From sequence record NC_005872.1: a stretch of DNA of 28,337 nt, one strand, 5' to 3'. Each line of letters opens with the position of its first letter. Positions within the stretch are counted from its first letter, which is position 1. Made by a program: the position numbers and the translations under genes. Under the pieces are notes generated by a model. It was not told the origin of the DNA, ran no database searches, and saw nothing but the letters and a program-made list of their open reading frames with translations. Positions 26,068-28,337 of the stretch are shown in pieces.

Positions 26068-26616
26068 ATGGCCTCCCAACTAAAACCCCAAGTATTCCCG
26101 GAAAAAGAAGCCACTTTTTATGAACTAAAGGTCGGCAAGGTCTACACCAAGTATAGGGCGTGGATAGGGCCCTATATCGCTAAGGGCATAACCATGGGTC
26201 CGGAGGATAAGGTTAAGGAGGTGGTGAGGCGCATGGCACAAGCTAAGGCTGAGCCTCTTGACGTGATTAAGTCGTTGGTGGAGTCCGTGGCGGAATACGT
26301 GTCCACGGCTAGTGAGTCCGGACTAATGGACATTGGCGTGGTGTTGGGCACGTTTTTCCACTTGGGTGAGTACATGGCTATAATGGTAAAGCTACAACGT
26401 CTAAGTGGTCCGTATAGTCACAACAGGGTGTGGGGCGAAATTAAGGTTATGTTTAAGGGTTATGATGGCTTAAAGGCGTTGTCTAAGCACGTGGTGATGC
26501 GCTACGTGGAATTCTACGCGCCTAATAAGGTGGATAAGGCGCAACTATACAACGTGCTATATGAGGCGGCACGCATTGCCTATAACGCTTACGGTTGGGC
26601 CCACAAAAACCTCTAG
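26068..26616 (+). CDS. Paralog family member 4
   Basis: KYRAW, RRMAQAKAEP, GEIKVMFKGYDG...KHV and ARIAYNAY. Confidence 0.85.
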   Translation: MASQLKPQVFPEKEATFYELKVGKVYTKYRAWIGPYIAKGITMGPEDKVKEVVRRMAQAKAEPLDVIKSLVESVAEYVSTASESGLMDIGVVLGTFFHLGEYMAIMVKLQRLSGPYSHNRVWGEIKVMFKGYDGLKALSKHVVMRYVEFYAPNKVDKAQLYNVLYEAARIAYNAYGWAHKNL

Positions 26617-26858
26617 CTTAGGGCCCCAACGTCTATAGGGTCTTTTTTGGGTCCTCTTTTTCCTTTACTTTTGTCAATATGCTGCATAGTATATTTGTAA
26701 AGGGCGGGCACGTGGCTTTTTCCTAAGGGGCGCATGTCCTTTATTTGCTTTTAAATCGGCACGGTTTAGGGCCCTTTTTCTTTTTTCTTTTTAATATATA
26801 GAAATTAAAAAAGGGCCTTAATGTGCTTTTAAATCGGCGGATTTTGGGGCCTTTATTT

Positions 26859-26949
26859 GCTTTTAAATAAGCGCGCTTAGGACCTTTCAATTGTCCGCNT
26901 GTCTTTACGGGGGGCGTAAACTTTAAAAATCCGTGTTTCGTAAGGATAC
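26859..26949 (+). promoter_or_regulatory. Full promoter cassette
   Basis: Box A 26859, box B CTTTCAAT 26884, perfect palindrome 26904-26920. Confidence 0.9.
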
Positions 26950-27327
26950 ATGGCCCGGGTGGGCCCCAAAATCGAAATAACCCACGGAGGCAAAAAATAC
27001 ACGGTTTTTTCCAAAGTCACGCACTTGGTGCCGCGCACGGAAAATGGGGAGGAGGCCGAATACGTGGTATTTGGTCCGGAAAAAGAGGGCGTGATAAGTG
27101 TCGTGGTGTTGGCGCCTAAGGACCTAAATGAGGAGGCGTTGGCTTTACGTGTCAAGTGGTTCAACGACACTAAGCCACGGTGTGTCAAGTGTGGCGCGGC
27201 ATATAATGGCAAAAACCACTTTAGGGTCGTGGCTATACGCAACGGCACCTATTATCTAGACGCGGTGTGTGACAAGTGCGAGCCACGCATTACGTGGCTG
27301 TCCGCAATAGTCATTGGCAGGTCCTAA
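26950..27327 (+). CDS. Zn-ribbon protein (ORF126-type)
   Basis: CVKC-x25-CDKC; paralogous domain to 8815-9135. Confidence 0.85.
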   Translation: MARVGPKIEITHGGKKYTVFSKVTHLVPRTENGEEAEYVVFGPEKEGVISVVVLAPKDLNEEALALRVKWFNDTKPRCVKCGAAYNGKNHFRVVAIRNGTYYLDAVCDKCEPRITWLSAIVIGRS

Positions 27328-27404
27328 GGGGCCTAAATAGTCGGCTTTTTTCCGTCTATAATATCGCTTTTTTGTGGGAAAATCGGACTTTAGTGTTGGG
27401 CCTC

Positions 27405-28112
27405 TTAATTTGCTTTTAAATCAGCGCCTCCCTTACCATCTAATACGTGGCGATACTGACTTAATAGTCGGTCTATTGCCATGGTGACTAATTCGCTTGT
27501 CGTGAGTCCTAATGTCCGCGCGGCCTCTAGCATGTCATTATGCATGGCTGTCGGCACCTTAAATGTCACAAGTCTATAGGCTGACGTATAGTGGCTTAGG
27601 TTTATGTCGGCTAGCGTTGGTGCCTTTTTGCAAAATCTAGGTGTCACGTGGAATAATAACCTCCGTTGTCTCTTATCCATGGGCTTACCTAATAGGTCCT
27701 CTAATGCGGAGGCGATAAAGTGTAATGTGTGTCCGTGCGTGCTATTGACGTCTACGTATTTGGCAAATATATTGTGCGCCTCCGTGTCCGCGGCTATTAA
27801 TCTAAGCATGTCTGAGGGCGTGATATACCTCCGGCGTGAATTGCATATAAGGCGCCATAATGTACGCTTTATTTCAAATATCGCATTGGTGGCGGCATTT
27901 TCATCTACGCACCATATTGTGGCGCGGCTTATTTCGACCTTAAGCACCATTTTGTTTTTGGCTAGCTGATATAATGCATTGCGCGCCATGGACCATGACA
28001 CGTCTAGCTTATTGGCTACTCTAGCTATTGTCGTGCATGGTGCCTCCGTAATCATGTATCTTAGCGTCTTTATCATGCGCGTGTGCATTGTGTCGGACAT
28101 TTTGCGTGGCAT
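27405..28112 (-). CDS. Winged-helix protein (ORF165 family) fused to a C-terminal ribbon-helix-helix domain
   Basis: N-terminal HTH CTTIARVANKLDVSWSMARNALYQL and second domain YITPSDM...LGKP. C-terminal VTFKVP...EAARTLGLTTSELVTMAIDRLL is CopG/RHH-like. Confidence 0.8.
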   Translation of the reverse strand: MPRKMSDTMHTRMIKTLRYMITEAPCTTIARVANKLDVSWSMARNALYQLAKNKMVLKVEISRATIWCVDENAATNAIFEIKRTLWRLICNSRRRYITPSDMLRLIAADTEAHNIFAKYVDVNSTHGHTLHFIASALEDLLGKPMDKRQRRLLFHVTPRFCKKAPTLADINLSHYTSAYRLVTFKVPTAMHNDMLEAARTLGLTTSELVTMAIDRLLSQYRHVLDGKGGADLKAN

Positions 28113-28147
28113 ATCTTATTGATACGCGCGGTTTATTAAATTATTCG

Positions 28148-28337
28148 GCGTCTATTATGTTGACGTGCGGCATTGGCGTCTTTAGTGTCTTTGTGATATA
28201 TGCGTTTCGCGTTGGCATTGGTTGGGCGTCTTTTGGCGGTTTGTAAAGGGCGTTTTTGCGTTTTTGTGGGGGTGTTTTTGCGTCTGGTGGGGAGGTGGTT
28301 TGGCGTTGGTAGAGGGTGGCTTGGCGGTGGGTCAAGG
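28148..28337 (-). repeat. Right inverted terminal repeat (190 bp)
   Basis: Reverse complement of 1-190. Confidence 0.97.

Noticed and set aside
8461-26899. Ambiguous bases (N at 8461, 14333, 16483, 25628, 26899) as signs of hypervariable or DGR-targeted sites
   Set aside because: They are isolated single Ns with no template/variable repeat pair and no reverse transcriptase; most likely sequencing ambiguities.

Overview
The window is an apparently complete linear dsDNA archaeal virus genome. Its length (28,337 bp), perfect 190-bp inverted terminal repeats (1-190 / 28148-28337), almost entirely single-strand gene orientation and leaderless TATA-driven genes match my recollection of Pyrobaculum spherical virus (PSV, Globuloviridae; hosts Pyrobaculum/Thermoproteus). 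That identification is from memory, not from a search. About 50 CDS are supportable and only three (paralogous winged-helix proteins) are on the minus strand. Layout from left to right: (1) a coiled-coil gene starting inside the ITR, then a repeat- and palindrome-rich intergenic region (candidate origin) next to an AAA+/SF3-like ATPase; (2) a Na+/Ca2+-exchanger-like gene and regulators; (3) an operon with an Sm/Hfq-like protein and a candidate AEP primase; (4) a membrane/virion block (about 8.2-20.4 kb) with a CPBP/Abi intramembrane protease, a YdjM-like hydrolase, a family sharing a 'RIPIP' N-terminal anchor and the likely major nucleocapsid protein; (5) a right-arm accessory region built from a repeated ~95-bp promoter cassette with invariant box spacing that drives, among others, a four-member paralog family. 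The most notable signals are a cryptic primase/helicase/origin set, the cassette-driven candidate anti-defence array and the protease plus shared-leader envelope module. No tRNA, rRNA, integrase, DNA polymerase or true CRISPR array was seen. All functional calls come from manual motif reading.
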